From Macrostomum lignano (taxonomy: Eukaryota), in contig NIVC01002379.1 of NCBI GenBank assembly GCA_002269645.1, positions 1-64,000 on the forward strand: DNA of 64,000 nucleotides, read 5' to 3'. Each line of letters begins with the position of its first letter. Position 1 is the first letter of the stretch. The translations under genes and the position numbers were made by a program. The notes under the pieces are model-generated. The model searched no databases and was not told the origin of the DNA. It saw only the letters and a list, made by a program, of their open reading frames with translations. Positions 62,020 to 64,000 of the stretch are shown piece after piece.

Positions 62020-62545
62020 CCAACAGTTCTAGAATCTCTCCAAAGAGTTCTAGAATCTCCACCAATAGCTCTAGAATCTCCCCCCCCCCCCCAACAGCTC
62101 TAGAATCTCCCCCAACAGTTCTAGAATCTCCCCCAACAGCTCTAGAATCCCCCCAACAGCTCTAGAATCTCCCCCAACAGCTCTAGAATCCCCCCAACAG
62201 CTCTAGAATCCCCCAACAGCTCTAGAATCCCCCCCAACAGCTCTAGAATCTCCCCCCCCCCAACAGCTCTAGAATCTCCCCCCCAACAGCTCTAGAATCT
62301 CCCCCCCCAACAGCTCTAGAATCTCCCCCCCCCCAACAGCTCTAGAATCTCCCCCCCCCAACAGCTCTAGAATCTCCCCCCCCCCAACAGCTCTAGAATC
62401 TCCCCCCCCCCAACAGCTCTAGAATCTCCCCCCCCCCAACAGCTCTAGAATCTCCCCCCCCAACAGCTCTAGAATCTCCCCCCCAACAGCTCTAGAATCT
62501 CCCCCCCCAACAGCTCTAGAATCTTCCCCCAACAGCTCTAGAATC
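62020..62545. repeat. Minisatellite CTCTAGAATCT(C)nAACAG with variable C-run
   Basis: Visible period of roughly 20-27 bp. Confidence 0.93.
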
Positions 62546-62772
62546 ACCCTACTTCACTAAAGCACACTTAAGTCATTTTAGACCCTGTGACCTGGCTCAA
62601 AGATTGAAAGCGACTAGTAATAAAGTTCAATAATAAAAGTACATTCATGCCCTCATGACATCGGGTACATGCACGCATGCAACAAGCGTACAATAGAATT
62701 AGAACGCTATACTAAGTATTCAGTTTATTTGGCGGTGATACATGGCTGTCCCATCTGCATGAGCTTGTCAAG

Positions 62773-63225
62773 TTACTGCGGTGGCATTGGTGGCGGGGGC
62801 GGCGTCGGCAGTGACAGGCGGTCAAGATCCCCTGTCGAACTCGCGGAATACACCTCGGCGGCTGCGGCAGTCTCGAGGCGGGCCACCCGGCGCTTGAGCT
62901 TGGCCTGGCCGGACCCGAACTCGGCCGTAAGCCGGGCCAGTCTAGCCTGCAGACAGCCGACATTGTCGGCCAGCCGAGCCAGCTGCTCTGCCTGTGTCTC
63001 CTGGGCCTCCTCGGCGCGTGCCACCGCAGCCTCATCTAGCAGATTGTCCTTCCGGAGCACGTCACGACCGCGCTGTACGAGTTTGTCGCGGGCTTCGGGG
63101 TACTCGTCTAGCGCCGCCCAGAGGTCCCGTTTGCTGAGGCAGAACAGGTCCGAATAGCCTTGGCTGCGTACGTTTGCGGTGCGCCGGTTGCCCGTCTTGT
63201 TGCCGGGGATGTTCAACAGGGACAC
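62773..63225 (-). CDS. Last coding exon of a cyclic-nucleotide-gated channel alpha subunit (CNGA-type); the rest lies beyond the window end
   Basis: Acceptor TTCCCAG| at 63226. VSLLNIPGNKTGNRRTANVRSQGYSDLFCLSK (CNBD), VLRKDNLLD (C-helix), and C-terminal leucine zipper LQARLARLTAEF..KLKRRVARLE. AATAAA ~45 nt after the stop. Confidence 0.92.
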   Translation of the reverse strand: MSLLNIPGNKTGNRRTANVRSQGYSDLFCLSKRDLWAALDEYPEARDKLVQRGRDVLRKDNLLDEAAVARAEEAQETQAEQLARLADNVGCLQARLARLTAEFGSGQAKLKRRVARLETAAAAEVYSASSTGDLDRLSLPTPPPPPMPPQ

Positions 63226-63289
63226 CTGGGAATTCGAGGAATTTGCTGGGACTGGGGGTTAACTGGTTGAAACTCGCTGTGTTGTCTAG

Positions 63290-63880
63290 AATCTGGTGTC
63301 CTGTTTCTGGTCTTCTGTCTCTGGTGTCCTGTCTCTGGTGTCCTGTCTCTCTTGTCTTCTGTCTCTGGTGTCCTGTCTCTGGTCTTCTGTCTCTGGTGTC
63401 CTGTCTCTGGTGTCCTGTCTCTGGTGTCCTCTCTCTGGTCTTCTGTCTCTGGTGTCCTGTCTCTGGTGTCCTGTCCTTGGCTCCTGTCTCTGGTCTCCTG
63501 TCTCTGGTCTTCTGAATCTGGTGTCCTGTCTCTGGTCTTCTGTCTCTGGTGTCCTGTCTATGATGTCCTGGCTCTGGTGTTCTGTCTCTGGTGTCCTGTC
63601 TCTGGTGTCCTGTCTCTGGTGTCCTGTCTTTGGTGTCCTGTCTCTGGTGTCCTGTCTCTGGTGTCTTGTCTTTGGTGTCCTGTCTCAGGTGACCTGTCTT
63701 TGGCTCCTGTCTCTGGTCTCCTGTCTCTGATATCCTGTCTATGGTGACCTGTCTCTGATGTCTTGTCTATTATGTCCTGTCTCTGGCTCCTTTCACTGGT
63801 GCCCTGTCTCGTCTCCTGTCTCTCTGGTCGCCTGTCTCTCTGTCCTCGTGTCTCTTTGGTGTCCTGTCTCTGGTCTCGCT
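63290..63880. repeat. 14-bp minisatellite GTCCTGTCTCTGGT in the CNG intron
   Basis: Visible imperfect period. Confidence 0.93.
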
Positions 63881-64000
63881 AGAATTTTAGTCAAGATCTA
63901 GGATCTAGAACCTAACCAAATTCGAGCTACCCTACTATACAAACTACTCACGAGTAGCAATGCAAGAATTTCAATGCTCAAATATACGCCCTAGTCGTAT

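Overview
Eukaryotic (animal) genomic DNA: GC-rich exons, AT-rich introns, GT-AG splicing and a very heavy load of minisatellites. It is most likely a free-living flatworm of the Macrostomum type; this is inferred from that architecture and from a 20/21-nt match to the 5' half of the M. lignano spliced leader (SL) as I recall it. By hand-splicing I reconstruct eight complete genes and one partial gene: a tetraspanin (-), a 5-finger C2H2 protein (+), a clan-2 cytochrome P450 (+, 6 exons), a DEG/ENaC channel (+, 3 exons), an NPY/NPF-like neuropeptide precursor (+, with a tiny second exon the ORF track misses), an orphan protein with a KDAKG-repeat tail (+, 2 exons), a 4-EF-hand calmodulin-like protein (-), Rap1 (+, 3 exons) and the last exon of a CNGA channel (-). 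Mobile DNA comprises a decayed RTE-like LINE, four hAT-type MITE insertions with 8-bp TSDs, a fold-back MITE and a 1.29-kb retroposed element. That element is the most unusual object: it has a 12-bp TSD, an (AAC)n tail and a 5' end starting with spliced-leader sequence. More than 20 tandem arrays account for most of the long ORFs in the track. No CRISPR, rRNA or tRNA was seen. Repeat boundaries are approximate, and no database searches were run.
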